Assembly: GCF_016432865.1 (NCBI RefSeq)
Contig: NC_067401.1
Location: 297,352,001 to 297,416,000, forward strand
DNA: 64,000 nucleotides
Source of the DNA: Antechinus flavipes
Lineage: Eukaryota
Reading direction: 5' to 3'
Under the pieces are notes generated by a model. It saw nothing but the letters and a program-made list of their open reading frames with translations, did not search any database and had not been told where the DNA came from. This document shows positions 37,121 to 50,019 of this stretch, in pieces. Position 1 is the stretch's first letter; each line of letters starts with the position of its first letter. A program made the position numbers and the translations under genes.

Positions 37121-39523
37121 AGATCATAGAATTTTAAAACAAAGTGAGTTGAGAGATCTGGACCAACCCCTTCCTTCCACCTTTTTTCAGATGTGGAAAC
37201 TGATGGCTAAAGTGCTCCCATATATGCTTAGGATGCAACAAACGGAGTAACAGCTGGCCTTTGAACTTAGTTCCTCTGATTCCAAAGAGGATATTTCCCA
37301 TTAGACTAAGCTGATTGTTTTGCCTCCTACTTTGCCAGCACTTTTAAAAATATGCAATTCTGCCTTTTCAGAGGCTATGGTTTGGTTTGGGGAGGAGATC
37401 AGATAAGTCCATCCTTAAAGGAAAACATATTAAAGGAATTCCTTTCACCATTTAAATGAAACAAAATAAACAAACCACCACCCCCCCCCCCCAAAAAAAA
37501 AAAAAAAACTGGGAGATTTTTTTTATCCTTTCCCAAAATCTTTAGTTTTAGAAGAAATAAAAAGTAATTTAAATAGACAATGCTTGTGAATGAATCATTT
37601 CCCTAACCTTGGGGTTTTTTTGAAACCCAGGCAGTGTGATGATAAAATTGCAAAACTGATCATGTGAAATGGATAGAATTGGCCTCTAAGCCAAGAATAT
37701 CTGAGTTTGGTCCCCTTACTTACTGACTCATACTGGCTGCATGGTTGTGCATATTACTTAACTTCTTGGTATTCTAAGAAATCAAGACTGTAAGCTATAG
37801 AGAAATTGCTGACACAGACTTGGGTAGTAGTTTCCTCACCCAAAAGTTCCCATCACTAATAAAATCACAGCCTTAACTTACGGAGAAATGAACGTCATAT
37901 GTGGAAATCTGCCTTAATTTTTACAAGTATTAATCAATGACATATGTATGTAGTAGAGGGAAAAGGAATAAAAACACAAAAGAGAAATAGAATAAAAGGA
38001 TATTATGATGAAACAGGTATATAATTCCTACATGTATGTTGTTTCTTGGAGGGCTATTGTGTGGCTCAGAGGAGGCAGAATAGATATTTATAGTCTCTTC
38101 TCCATCCTACTTTGAGTCCTTCTAATAAGGGAAGCAGGAGATTACAGTTAGAAGCCACTACTCTGCTATCCTCAGAGAAGAGAATGCCAGGTTAGAAGTA
38201 TATATAAATCTGTTCCCTTAAATATTCTTCATCTAGGGTTTGTGACTGGGATCAAATTAACATCTGATCACTTTGTTATTGGGGGGGAAAGGAAGATTCC
38301 AAATTCTATATTCAAGATTTGACACTTTTCCCACCAAACACTGGTTCCCCAATGAACACACCATAGTAAATAGTAAAGGAACTCACTCCTTTCCACATCA
38401 CAACAAAAAAGGAATCAGAGAAAGTATACAAAAGAGACCTTATAGCAGGGAATTGAGAGTGAGGGGCTCTCCCATTAGGAATGAGATGATTCTGCTTAAC
38501 TAAGAGTGTCTTTAATTTTACTCAAGAGATAATTCTCCAAAGCCTCTAGCATTGCAAGCTGGTGATAGGAAAATGATGGAGAATGCTAACTTCACTCATG
38601 TATTTCCAGAATCTGTTCCTTCAGCAACCTGCAGTTGAATTGGTTTCTTCCATTGTCCCTTTTAAAAGTTAGAAGTTAGGGGTGCTTGAAAGGATTTAAC
38701 ACTCAAAAGTCATAAAGCTTGTCCAGAAGGAGACTGGCCCTAAAGATATTTTGAAGAGAAACTACTGAAATTTGAAGCTCTCTGCCTCCCACTAATTCCA
38801 TCTAGCCCCTTATGGAGAAGGCCTTCATTTCCACCAAAAAGGAGAGAGTCCCATATCAATGGGCTTCAGGACAGGGATTACAATAATTTGTCATTGTATT
38901 GGCAATACAGAGAGATGCAACTGGAGAGAAGTGACTGCTACTTAAGTAACATTCCTTCGCCTTATGGAGTAGACATAGTTTTTGTGTTCTCAAAGGCCAC
39001 AACAAGATGCAAACTCTGGAAGGCTTTAGGAAGATAGTTTTGTTTATGGGTCCAGAAATAGAATTTATCTTTTCTCTGACAATAAGCCTTATAAAGTTCT
39101 GAGAGGTTTATCACTATTGGCAGCAGTGTAGAAAAAAAATTCTGCCAAAGCATCTAAAAAAGACCACAAACAGGAATTTTGATTTACCTTGATAGAAGAT
39201 TTACACACTCAAAATTACAGATTTTTAAAGTATTGGGGTATAAAAGATGACTTGAGTTGATTTACATTATTTTGCCAACTTGTCCTTTATCTTTAAAACC
39301 AGCAGCAAATATTGGAAAGAAGGTTGCAGGGACATTGGGTAGAGAATAGGAGGGAGGTAAAAGATGCATGATGGATATTTTATACTGATTGGCCATTTTC
39401 TCATTCATACTTCTCCCCTAAATATTTTTATTTAGGTGAGTTTGAGTTTAGAGTAATTTTGAAATTGGAAGCTATAAACTGATGCAGGACAATCTAAGGG
39501 GATCTTAGAAAGAGCTATAACAA

Positions 39524-39670
39524 GGGCAGCTAGCTGGCGCAGTGGATAGAGCACCAGCCCTGAAGTCAGAAGGACCTGAGTTCAAATTTGACCTCAAACA
39601 CTTAATACTTCCTAGCTGTGTGACCCTGGGCAAGTCACTTAATCCCAACTGCCTCAGCAAAAAAAGAAAG
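39524..39670 (+). mobile_element. WSINE1-like SINE, well preserved
   Basis: GGGCAGCTAGCTGGCGCAGTGGATAGAGCACCAGCCCTGAAGTCAG...; TSD AAAGAG(C/G)TATAAC at 39509-39521 and 39671-39683. Confidence 0.9.
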
Positions 39671-39949
39671 AAAGAGGTATAACTAAAACTACATTCACCA
39701 GTGGTAAAGAAAATAAAACAAAATCACTTAGAAGAGAAAAGATTCTGTAGTAGCAATCTGACTATAGAAGCCATTTTGCTGTGAGAGAATGCTGCCTGGC
39801 TCTTAGCCCTGCAGGATTGGAGAAGAGAATCCCCAATAATTAAACACTGGCACTGCAACCTTCCTCTAGACTGTTATCCCTCTTCATCAACAGAGTGACT
39901 AGTACACATAGGAAATCAGAACCAGACAATCACTGTACAATTACAATTA

Positions 39950-40930
39950 GAGTTGGTTTAGGTTAAGTGAAAATGGAAGGTACCAGAATTAAGGGAGATC
40001 GGGAATGGCTTCTTCTAAAAGAGAGATTTTTAGCTAGGATTTGAAGAAAGCCAGGGAAACCAAAGAAAACCAAGTGAAAAAAAAAAAACAATTCTTTTTA
40101 GGGAGAATCTTCCAAGCATAGGGCATAGCTTAGAATTAGAAGATGGAGTACCTTTGAGAAAGAGCAAGGAGACCACTGTCGCTGAATGGAAAAGAATATA
40201 AGGGGTAAGAAAATTGGAAAGGTGGAGGAACAGGTTATAAAGGTCTTTGAATAGCAAACAAAGGATTTTTACTCTTGGATGTAACGGGGAACCAATAGAG
40301 TTTAAGTAAGGGAGTGACATCATCACTCTATGGTCAGACTTTAGGAAGATCAGAGTGGAGGATTAATTAGAATGAGGAGACACTTGTGATAGGGAGACCA
40401 ACCAGCAAGCTTCTGCATGACTTGAAGTAAAAGGGGAGACCAACCAGCAAGCTTCTGCATGACTTGAAGTAAAAAAGACCTGTACTATGGTGATAGCAGT
40501 ATCACCTTTTTTTTTTTTTTTTTTTTAAGATGAGAAAGGGGCATAAACAAAAGCTGTTATCAAGGTAAAATCAACAAATTTGAGAATTGATTGGATATAG
40601 GGGGTGAAAAAGTAAAGAATAGATTGCAATTCTCATAGTAATAAGGAAGTGAGGAAAGGGAAAAGATATTAAGTTCAGTTTTGGAAATGCTGAGTTTGAG
40701 ATTTTTATGGGATGTCCAATTCAAGATGTCTGAAAGGCAATTGGAGCTGGGAGATTGGAAATTAGCAGGGATATTTGGCCTGGATAAGTAGATTTGAGAA
40801 TCATGAGCATAGAGATCATTAGCTGAAGTGATATATAGAAAGAAGAGAGCTCAGGATAGAATCCTATGCAATAGCCACCATTAGTTGTCATGACCTGGAT
40901 GAAGATATAGGAAAAGAGATTGAAGAGTGG
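39950..40930 (-). mobile_element. L2 fossil
   Basis: Purine-rich L2-type sequence (GTTCAGTTTTGGAAATGCTGAGTTTGAG, GATTGGATAT). Similar L2 blocks occur near 9900-10450, 32440-33220, 55780-56900 and 61500-63060. Confidence 0.65.
40392..40474 (+). repeat. Perfect 41-bp tandem duplication
   Basis: GGGAGACCAACCAGCAAGCTTCTGCATGACTTGAAGTAAAA at 40392-40432 and 40434-40474. Confidence 0.95.
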
Positions 40931-41454
40931 TTAGATATCCATCCTAAGTAACAGCAAAAAAGCAAAGATGTGGATTTTTTTTTTCCTACAAAGCTTTTTT
41001 TCTTTATGAAACCTTTCCTGATCTTCCTAGTTAGTGCTTCTCATCACAATTCTTCTATTTTTGCTTTGTATATATTTTATATTGAATTATCTGTGTGCAT
41101 GTAAATACTTTGAGGACAGAGACTGATTTGTTCTTATCTTTGTTCTCTCAGAACCAAACTTAGCACTTTTTGTATCATAGGTACTTAAGTAAATGCTTGT
41201 AGAATAAGTGATAAAGGTGACCACCTATTTGCTATCCATATCTTTACAAACAAATTTGTATTCTAAACTGATGTTGCTCTTTCTTGTCATATAGCTTTTC
41301 AGAGCAGCATTAAGTATATGCTGAGTAAGATAGTTAAGTTCTTTTGGATTCCTCATTGTGGCAGTTGATTTATATTTGCAAAACTTTATTAGATGTACTT
41401 ATTTCTCTTATTTATTTCCCATTTTCTGGATAAATATTTTGTTTAAAAGGAGCA

Positions 41455-42020
41455 AGTTAGAGTTACCTCAAAAAAGAAAGGGACCTACATGTATAGCAAT
41501 ATTTATAGCAGCTCATTTTGTTGTGGCAATGAATTAAAAATTGAGGGCAATCCCATCAATTGGGGAATAACTGAACAGGTTGTGGTATATTAGAAATGAT
41601 GAACAGGTGGATTTCAGAAAAACCTGACAAGATTTATATGAACTGATACAAAATGAACATTGTACACAGTAACAGCAGTACTGTATGATGATCAACTATG
41701 AATGACTTATCTCTTCTCAGTAAAACAATGATCCTACAATTCCTACCAGAGAAAGAACAGAACCTGAATGAAGATCACAACATACTATTTTCATTTGTGT
41801 GTGTGTGTTTCTTTTGGTCTATTTCTTCTTTCACAAAATAACTGATATGGAAATATGTTTTATATGATTGCATATATATATAGTCTATATCAAATTGCTT
41901 ACTCTCTTGGAGAAGGGAAGGGAAAAAGGCAGGGCATTTGGAACTCAAAAATTTTTAAATCTTAAATTTTTTTCTTTATGTGTAATTGCCAAAAAATACT
42001 ATTTAAAAATTAGAAATAAA
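41455..42020 (+). mobile_element. Old L1 3' end
   Basis: AAAGGGACCTACATGTATAGCAATATTTATAGCAGCTC... is an L1 ORF2 C-terminal/3' UTR pattern. Confidence 0.75.
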
Positions 42021-42989
42021 ACATTTGAAATATCTTAACTTGAAAAGTATTATTGATTTCTTCATAAAATTTCACTACTTCATTATCCATGGCTATAATT
42101 ATCATTGCATAAGTTGTAATTATTTTCACAATACCCTTTTCCCCCCCAGCGAATGCTTATCATGAGCACTGCAGCTTATCTTTCCAGATTTATTTTATTT
42201 TACTCTTCTTCTTATATCCTCCTTTTTGATGACCTGACCAACTTGCTGTTCTCAGAAATCAGCATTCCATCTCCATGCCTTTGTATTTTGCCCTTCATTA
42301 TAGTATTGGGCTTCTTCCTCATCTATGCCTCTAGAAACTTTATCTTCCTTTAAACTTTAAGATAGATGGTATCTCCTAGGAAAGCTTCTTCTTACTCCTT
42401 GTGAATTAGTAGTGCTCTCTTCTTTTAAAATGATCTTCAATTTATTTCTCTGTGTACATGCTATAGTTTTCCAATAAAAGTTCCTTGAGAAGAGACATTT
42501 TCCATTTTTGCTTTTTGTCCTCTGCACTTAATATAGTTTGTTGAACAAAGAAAGAGTTTAATAAATATTTTTTAAATTACTGTAGTAACTCATTAAATCG
42601 TGTTTCTTGTTAAATTTGATTGCTTGCTAAAGCCAATTCTTCCATCTCTTTGCTCCTTTAAGGTGAATGTGCAAGCCATCCATCCATTTAGTTAAAACTT
42701 TCTTTTTCCTTCTGGTACTATTTCTACAAGAATGTCAAGATGGATAAGTAAGTTCACTCATTGATCACTGGGCAAGGATATCATGTTTAAAGTATCAGGA
42801 GTTAAAGTTTGTAGAGGTCTAAAAACTCTGACTTTTGGCACTCTCTGTCCCCTCTTCTGCCAGTTGTCACTATAAAAGCAAAAATGTAAAACAGAGGTCT
42901 CAGGACCATTTTTTTATTTCTCATTCATTCATGTATTACCATGACCAAAAAATTTGTCACTTTGTGGTCAAGGTGCCTTCTTCTTTAGC

Positions 42990-43200
42990 TAGGTTCCTTG
43001 GAAAATCCTTGGAAAGCAGATATGTCCAAAACTGATACATAGTTGGACAGACAACTTACCGAGCTGGTAAATCAATCTTGGACAACCATTGTTAATAAAT
43101 AATGAACTGGACCCAGAATTAAATAGGAGAGGAGCAGGCTACATGATCTTTCAGAAGTGGGACAGTGTTTTTTAATAACTCTTAAGCTTCACCTTAAAAT
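42990..43200 (+). mobile_element. RTE LINE fragment
   Basis: AATGAACTGGACCCAGAATTAAATAGGAGAGGAGCAGGC resembles marsupial RTE ORF sequence. Confidence 0.55.
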
Positions 43201-43519
43201 CAAAAATATGCCTTTTTAACATCAGTATTCTTCCAATTGTGCTGCATATATATGTAAAAATGTGTGTGGTGTGTGTGTGTGTGCGCGCGCACTTGCACTT
43301 TATATAAGGCTACAGTCTTGCAAGAAAATTTAAAGTTGCTAGTCATCAAAAGGACAATGGAGAGGTTCATGGTAAGCTTGCAACATATTACTAATGAATT
43401 GTCTAAGAGGAGTAATCTTAATAGAGATCTGTAATACTTAAGAAAGAGATGGATCAATTACATAGTGAGAGTTGAAAGACAAGATGAACAGCCTCCATGC
43501 TCTACTGGTATCCTCTCAT

Positions 43520-45225
43520 TAGAAGATCTCGAGGAAGATTCTTAACATATCAAGTAGCTCCTCACACAAATACAGTCAGATCAAAACAACTGGAGAAATA
43601 TCAGCTGCTCATGGGTAGGCTGAAGTAATATAATAAAAATGACAATTCTATCTAAATTAGTCTACTTGTTCAGCGCCATACCAGTCAAAATGCCAAAAAT
43701 TACTTTATAGAGCTAGAAAAAATAAAATTCACCTGGAAAAATAAAAAGTCAAGAATATCAAGGGAATTAATGAAAAAAAAAATACAAAGCATGGTGGCCT
43801 ACCAATATGAGATCTAAAACTACATTATAAAGCAGCATTCACCCAAACCATTTGGTACTGGCAGTGGATCAGTGGAATAGGTTAGAAACACACGACACAA
43901 TAATCAATGCTTATAGTAATCTAGTATTTGATAAACTCCTAAATCTCCAGCTTCTAGGATAAGAACTCACTATTTCACAAAATTTCTGGAAAACAGGAAA
44001 AATAATATATAAGAAACTCAGATCTACAATCCACCCCATACCAAAATAAGGTTAAAATGGATACATGATTTGGGCATAAAGAATGATATCATAAGCAAAT
44101 TAGGAGAGCAAGGAATAATTTACCTTTGAAGAAGGGAGGAATTTATGGCCAAAGAAGAACTAGAGAACATTATAAAATGTAATATGGACAACTTTGATTA
44201 TATTAAATTAAAAAGTTTCTGCACAAACAAAGCCAACCAAATATGATTAAAAGGGAAGTATAAAATTGAGGGAAAATTTTTATAGCCAGTGTTTCTGATA
44301 AGTGTTCCATTTTTTAAATATATAAACTGTGTCAAATTTATAAGAACACAAATCATTCCCCAATTGATAAATAGTCAAAGGAAATGAACAATTTTCAGAT
44401 GATGAAATTCAAGGCATTCATAGTCATATGAAAAAATGCTCTAAATCACTATTAATTAGAGAAATGAAAATTAAAACAACTCTGAGGAAATACCTCATAA
44501 TTCTGTTTGGCTAAGATGACAGGAAAACATGATAAAGGAGAGAATGTGGGAAAACTGGGACACTAATGCATTGTTGATAGAGTCGTGAAATGATTCAACC
44601 ATTCTGGATAGCAATTTGGAACTATGTTCAAAGGGGTATAAAACTGTTCATACTATTTGACCCAGCAGTGTCATTACTGGATCTGTATCCCAAGGAAATC
44701 ACAAAAGAGGGAAAAGGACCCACATGTGAAAAATATTTATAGGCGCTCTTTTTGTAGTAGCAAATAATTGGAAGATGAATAGATGCCCATCGATTGGGGA
44801 ATGGCTGAATAAGTTATGGTATTTGAAGATAATGGAATATTATTGTTCTATAAAAAATGACCAAGTTGATTTTAGAAAGGAGGTCTAGAAAGATTTACAT
44901 GCTAATCGAAACAAGTAGAATCAGGAATACTTTATACACAGTAATAGCAAGATTGTACAATGATCAACGAAGAAAGACTTGGTTCTTCTTCGTGGTTCAG
45001 TGATCCAAGACAATTCCAATAAACTTAGAAAATGCCATCTGCATCCAGAAAAAGAATTTTGGAGATTGAATGAAAATCAACATATGCTATGCTAACTTCT
45101 TTTTTCTCTCTTTTTCTTTCCTCTCCTGTGGTTTTTCCCTTTTGTTCTGATTTTTTTCTCCCAACACGATTCATAGAAAAATATGCATTTAAAAAGTTAA
45201 TATACATGTATAACCAGAAAAAAAC
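43520..45225 (+). mobile_element. Degraded L1 (ORF2 3' half and 3' UTR)
   Basis: Collinear with the young L1 at 12.8-14.6 kb but with many stops and indels. Confidence 0.9.
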
Positions 45226-46394
45226 AATTAGTAAAGAAAAAGAAAACATATCAAGTAGATCACTTCTGAAGGATTTATAAGAGATCCATGGACAAAAGTC
45301 ATATAGATGATTTGTACCATTTGATAAGAGGGCTGTTATTTGTACTATTAGATTACTCATAACTAATGAAATTACAAATCATTTGAAGTATAGTTTTAAT
45401 AAGTTTGTAATTTTTTTAAAAATTGCAGAATGCTTTCATATATATATTACCTTATTAGATTTTCTCAGTAATCTTTTAATATAGACAGTGCACATATTAT
45501 TAAATTAATTTAATATATTATTATTATTAAATTATATTATATTATTAAGTTAATATAATACTCCTTTCTAAAATTAACTTGGTCATCATTTTTAATAGAA
45601 CAATAATATTCCATTATCTTCAAATACCATAACTTATTCACATCTTTGAAACTCCAAAGGCAGCATGTTATTTCCTATCCAGAAGCACAAGTCCCTTCCC
45701 TGATTTCCCATTAACTGGATGTTACAGAAATTACACCACATGATTCTCTATCTCTCCTTACATAGCCAGTCCCTGCTCCCAGGGAATTTACATTATAAAA
45801 AAAGGAATGTAACAGAGGGAGGATGCTTTTTAAATTCCAGTCACCATCCTTGATTATAAAAGTCAGTCCCTGCCCTCAAGGAGATTACATTCTTTTGGGG
45901 GAAAATAAACTGCACCTTTGATTATTTCTTGGGAAGGGGGGTCTAGTTTTCTAATTTAACTTTCATTTTTCCAATTTAATTTTCTTAACTATGGAAACCA
46001 AATGCCCATCCATTTCTCACATTTACTATATAGAAAAGAATACTGAGCCCCAGAGTGACTTTATCACCTATCTGCTAAGTAATTGAGTCAGGATAAAAAT
46101 CCAAGTCTTCTGTCTCTTAAGTTCAGTGGACCCAGTATTCTATTGGTTGTAGAATAACTCTTTTTTGGTGTAAACCAAATTGGAATTGTTACACTATTTT
46201 TATTCTCACAGTTTCAGACCACTGTCATCTTGTCTCTTGTTTAGCACCATGTAGGAGCTTGGTCTTTATATAAGTGAAATCTAGAAATAATGGGACTGAA
46301 GCAGATAGAGCAAATGTACACAAATTGTACTTCATTACTATTAACCAAAATTCAAGTCCATCTAGAGTTGCACTAGAAAGAAGAAACGTTCTAG

Positions 46395-46411
46395 TGCTGC
46401 CATCTGTTGTC
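46395..46411 (-). promoter_or_regulatory. Candidate CTCF site
   Basis: Minus strand GACAACAGATGGCAGCA resembles the CTCF core CCASYAGRKGGCRS (2 mismatches) in non-repeat sequence. Confidence 0.4.
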
Positions 46412-46927
46412 AGCACACATTGAATGCATTTTAATGCCATTTCTTTTATGCCATTCTACTTTGAAATTTAATTTCAATTTAGTTCAATATTTATTAAGGG
46501 TTTAATATATGCAAAGAGCTATACTAGTCTGTGGGAGAACAATATTATTTATATCTATAATATATATATAATCTTAATCTTTTTTAGTGAAGGACTCATT
46601 CAACCACGGCTTAGAATTATGAAATTAGAGAATCAAAAGGTTGTAGATTAACTCAGAAGGTTCCTGAATACATATTGTAAAGTAAAAGAAACCACAGTCC
46701 AAATCCTTTGTTTTACAAATCATAAAACTGAAACTCAAAGAGGTTATATAGCTCAAACATGGGGTCACAAAGAGTGGTAAGTATCAGAGGCAAGATTTGA
46801 ATCCAGGTCCTCTAACTATAAAGACAATCCTTTCTAATTGGTTCCATGTTGTTTGTCCTCATGAGTACTTTTCCCCTACAGACAATTGGAAAACACTACT
46901 AACTGTGGTGAGAACCAAATAACATAC

Positions 46928-46930
<3 letters not shown>

Positions 46931-46964
<34 letters not shown>
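46931..46964. repeat. (CA)n microsatellite
   Basis: Direct reading. Confidence 0.95.
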
Positions 46965-46967
<3 letters not shown>

Positions 46968-48688
46968 TTTATTTTAGCAAGCAGAAAAAGACTGGTTATA
47001 TTGAGGTCATTTGTGAATCAACTGTTTTAGGTATGTAATTAGACTATTAATTAGTTAGACCAAAGCTCAAAATCAGTATCAAATTAGAAAGATAGAGGTG
47101 AGATGAAGACACAATAGGCAATTACAACATCTCCAAGCTAACTTATTGAGGCAAGCTGAAAAATAGGAAATGGGTAAAGGAAAAGACTTTGATGACCATT
47201 ATAGAGTTGGTTTGGGGGCTGATTTTTAAAAATCATCTAAACTAGGAAACATTCAATCCTCTTGGCAAATCAGAGAAAAATAGTAGCTAGGGCAATGCTA
47301 CTTTAGAATTTAGAGTAAGAAGGATTTGGGGATGGGTACTTTTTCAAATGAAGGTTCCAAAGACAAACTAATTATAGGAAAATCTGTGGGAAAGGAGGCA
47401 TTTTTAGTTTGAGAAAACCACTAGGACAGATGTTTAAAAAAAAAAAATAGTCTGGAGAGTTAAGAGCTAAGCTGAAACCTTCTTTTAAGGAAGAATCTAT
47501 GCCATCCATGCTTATCTTTAATCTATTTTAGCTTCTGATTCGCCAGGCTACTTTTCCACATGCCATTCCAAAAGCAGTTTCTCCCTTTACCACTTTGTCA
47601 GTTTTATGTATTTTCTTCCTTCTTTAGAATGTATGTTCCTTCAGAGCAGAGACCTTTTTCTCCCCTTTTTTGTATTTTTATTTCAAGTGCTTAACATAGT
47701 GGTCAAAGTAAGCATTTATTGGAGAAGGATGGAAGAAGATTCCAAATAGTAACATTCACAACCCAGTGAAAAACAGGATGGGGAGGTAGACACAGAGACA
47801 CAAGCCTAATCCACTCTGAGATCTACAAGAACCAGCTTGTTCATGCTGAGACTTGAGAGAACCGGGCATGATGTCAAAGCCTTTGAAATAGCAGAGAACT
47901 TCCTGTTCACTTACCATTACTATCATGGATGCTACCATCCATTGTTTCTTAGCTTGCCCTCATCATTAACCATCAAAAATATTGGTTATCATCATTAACC
48001 AACAAACTCTTGCTCTTCCAATTCCAGTGACCCTAAATAAGTGTATACTTCCCCTACCTCCAACTGTCACTCTAGCTCTTCTTTAACACTATCTTTCTAA
48101 GAGTCCTCATTCCAACAGCAATAAACTTCCCTTCATTTTAAACCTGGTCACTGTGTCTCTGGGCATCCTCTTTAATATTGGTTGTACTTACTTTTATAAC
48201 GACCTGACATATTAGTCTTTGAGGATGTGCTGGCATACTTCTTAATCCTTATTGCCATTTCTCAACTCTCCGCCTCCTGTCTTTACAACCTTTCCTCCTT
48301 TGAGGCTTATTATATCCAAAGGATTATCTAATTCTGATCCTTGTGGCAGATATCTTCTATTCACATCCTGTTCAAGAGAACTAAAGTCATGCAACCAAGT
48401 TGATTGAGTCTACTTTAGTTTTATGTTTGCTAACCTCACTTGAGAACTTACTTTAGCTTGGAAGTTCTTTTACTCTTCTCTGTTGAGTCTCAATATCATT
48501 CTCCAATGGCAGTCTCAACTCTTTTCACTGGGGACATCCTTGATCTCATTCCCTCTTATTTTCTCCAACAAATTGCTATCCTAATCATCCTTAATCTTTC
48601 TAATCTTCAATTTCTCTCTATATACTAGTTCTTCCTCTGCTCCTATAAATATGACCAACTATCTCTCATACTTAAAAATTCTCCACTA

Positions 48689-49087
48689 AATAAGCAGAAC
48701 CAGGAGAACATTGTACATCATACAATGATGTAGTATGATCAAGTATGTTCTCAGCAATACAATGATCCAAAACAATTCCAAAGGACTCATGATGAAAAAT
48801 ACTATCCCCCTCCATAGAAAGAACTAATGTAGTCTAAAAACAGGTTGAAACATACTATTTTTTCACTTTCTTTATCTTCCTTATGGTGGTCTATTTTTTT
48901 TTTTTTTGTCTATTTTCTTTTACAACATGGATGGAGAAATATGTTTTACATGATTGCACACATATAATCTATATCAAATTGCTTACTTTCTCGGGGGGAG
49001 GGGATATGGAAGGAGGGAGAGAATTTGGAACTCAAAAAATGTCAAAAATTGTCTCACAAGTAATTAGAGAAAAGAAATAATACTTTA
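48689..49087 (+). mobile_element. Old L1 3' UTR inserted in L2
   Basis: TSD AAAAATTCT(C/T)CACTA at about 48674-48688 and 49088-49102. Confidence 0.75.
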
Positions 49088-49639
49088 AAAAATTCTTCAC
49101 TAGACTAAATCCTACCCTCCAGCTCTCAAATTCCCCTCCCACACTCAAAAAAGGTAAAAAGAAAAAAAAAAAAAGAAAGCTATATATTCTATTGTCTCTA
49201 CTATATCTCCTCCAAGTCTTTTCTCAACTCTATAATTTGGCTCATCACTTAATCCAAACTGTTCTCTTCAAAGGTGGCAAAATTTTCATTGTAAATCTTA
49301 TGAACTTTTCTCAGTTTTCATCCTTCTTGATTCCTCTTCAGTATTTGACACTGTTGACCATCTTCTGCTCTTGAATACCTTCTCCTCTGGAATTTTTTGA
49401 CACTAGTTTTTAGTTGGTTCTCTTCTAATCACTCTGGTGACTCCTTTTTAACCTCCTTTCCTGGGATAATCACCCATATCTGTATATGGATTCTAAGAGT
49501 ATTTCTTAGATCCCGCTTTCATTTCTTTCTATATTTTCTTCCTTGGTGACCTCATTATTTTCAATTAATAGAATTATCATGTTTATTCAGCTGATTCATG
49601 GTTCTATATATTCTATCCTCAGCACTTCTTTTGAACTCC

Positions 49640-50016
49640 ATTCTTTTTTTTTTTAATACTTTTTTATTTTTCCATATACATTCAAAGATAGTTTTCAACA
49701 ATCACCTTTGCAAAATCTTGTGTTCCAAATTTTTCTCCCTTCTTTCCCTCCTCCTCTAGGCAAGCATTTCAATATATACAATATTTGTGCAATTCTTCTA
49801 AACATATTTCCATATTTGTTAGGCTGCTCAAGAAAATTCAGATCAAAGGGGGAAAAACATAAGAAAGAAAAAAAGTAAATAAACAACAAAAAGTGAAAAT
49901 ATTATGCTTTGATCCACATTCAATTTCCATAAATTCTCTCTCTCAATGTGGATAGCTCTTTCCATCATAAGGCTATTGAAAGTGCCATACATCACCTCCT
50001 TGTTGAAAAGAGTCAA
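49640..50016 (-). mobile_element. L1 3' UTR with tail (reverse orientation)
   Basis: PolyT at about 49642-49655; the reverse complement matches the L1 3' UTR seen at 26940-27310. Confidence 0.8.
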
Positions 50017-50019
50017 GTT

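Noticed and set aside
35486-37250. Cluster of overlapping ORFs on both strands (121, 105, 144, 97 aa and others)
   Set aside because: Expected in GC-rich CpG-island DNA with few stop codons; no recognisable domains. Only the strong-Kozak uORF was kept as a finding.
45490-45560. AT-only palindromes such as ATTAAATTAATTTAAT
   Set aside because: Low-complexity sequence; expected by chance.
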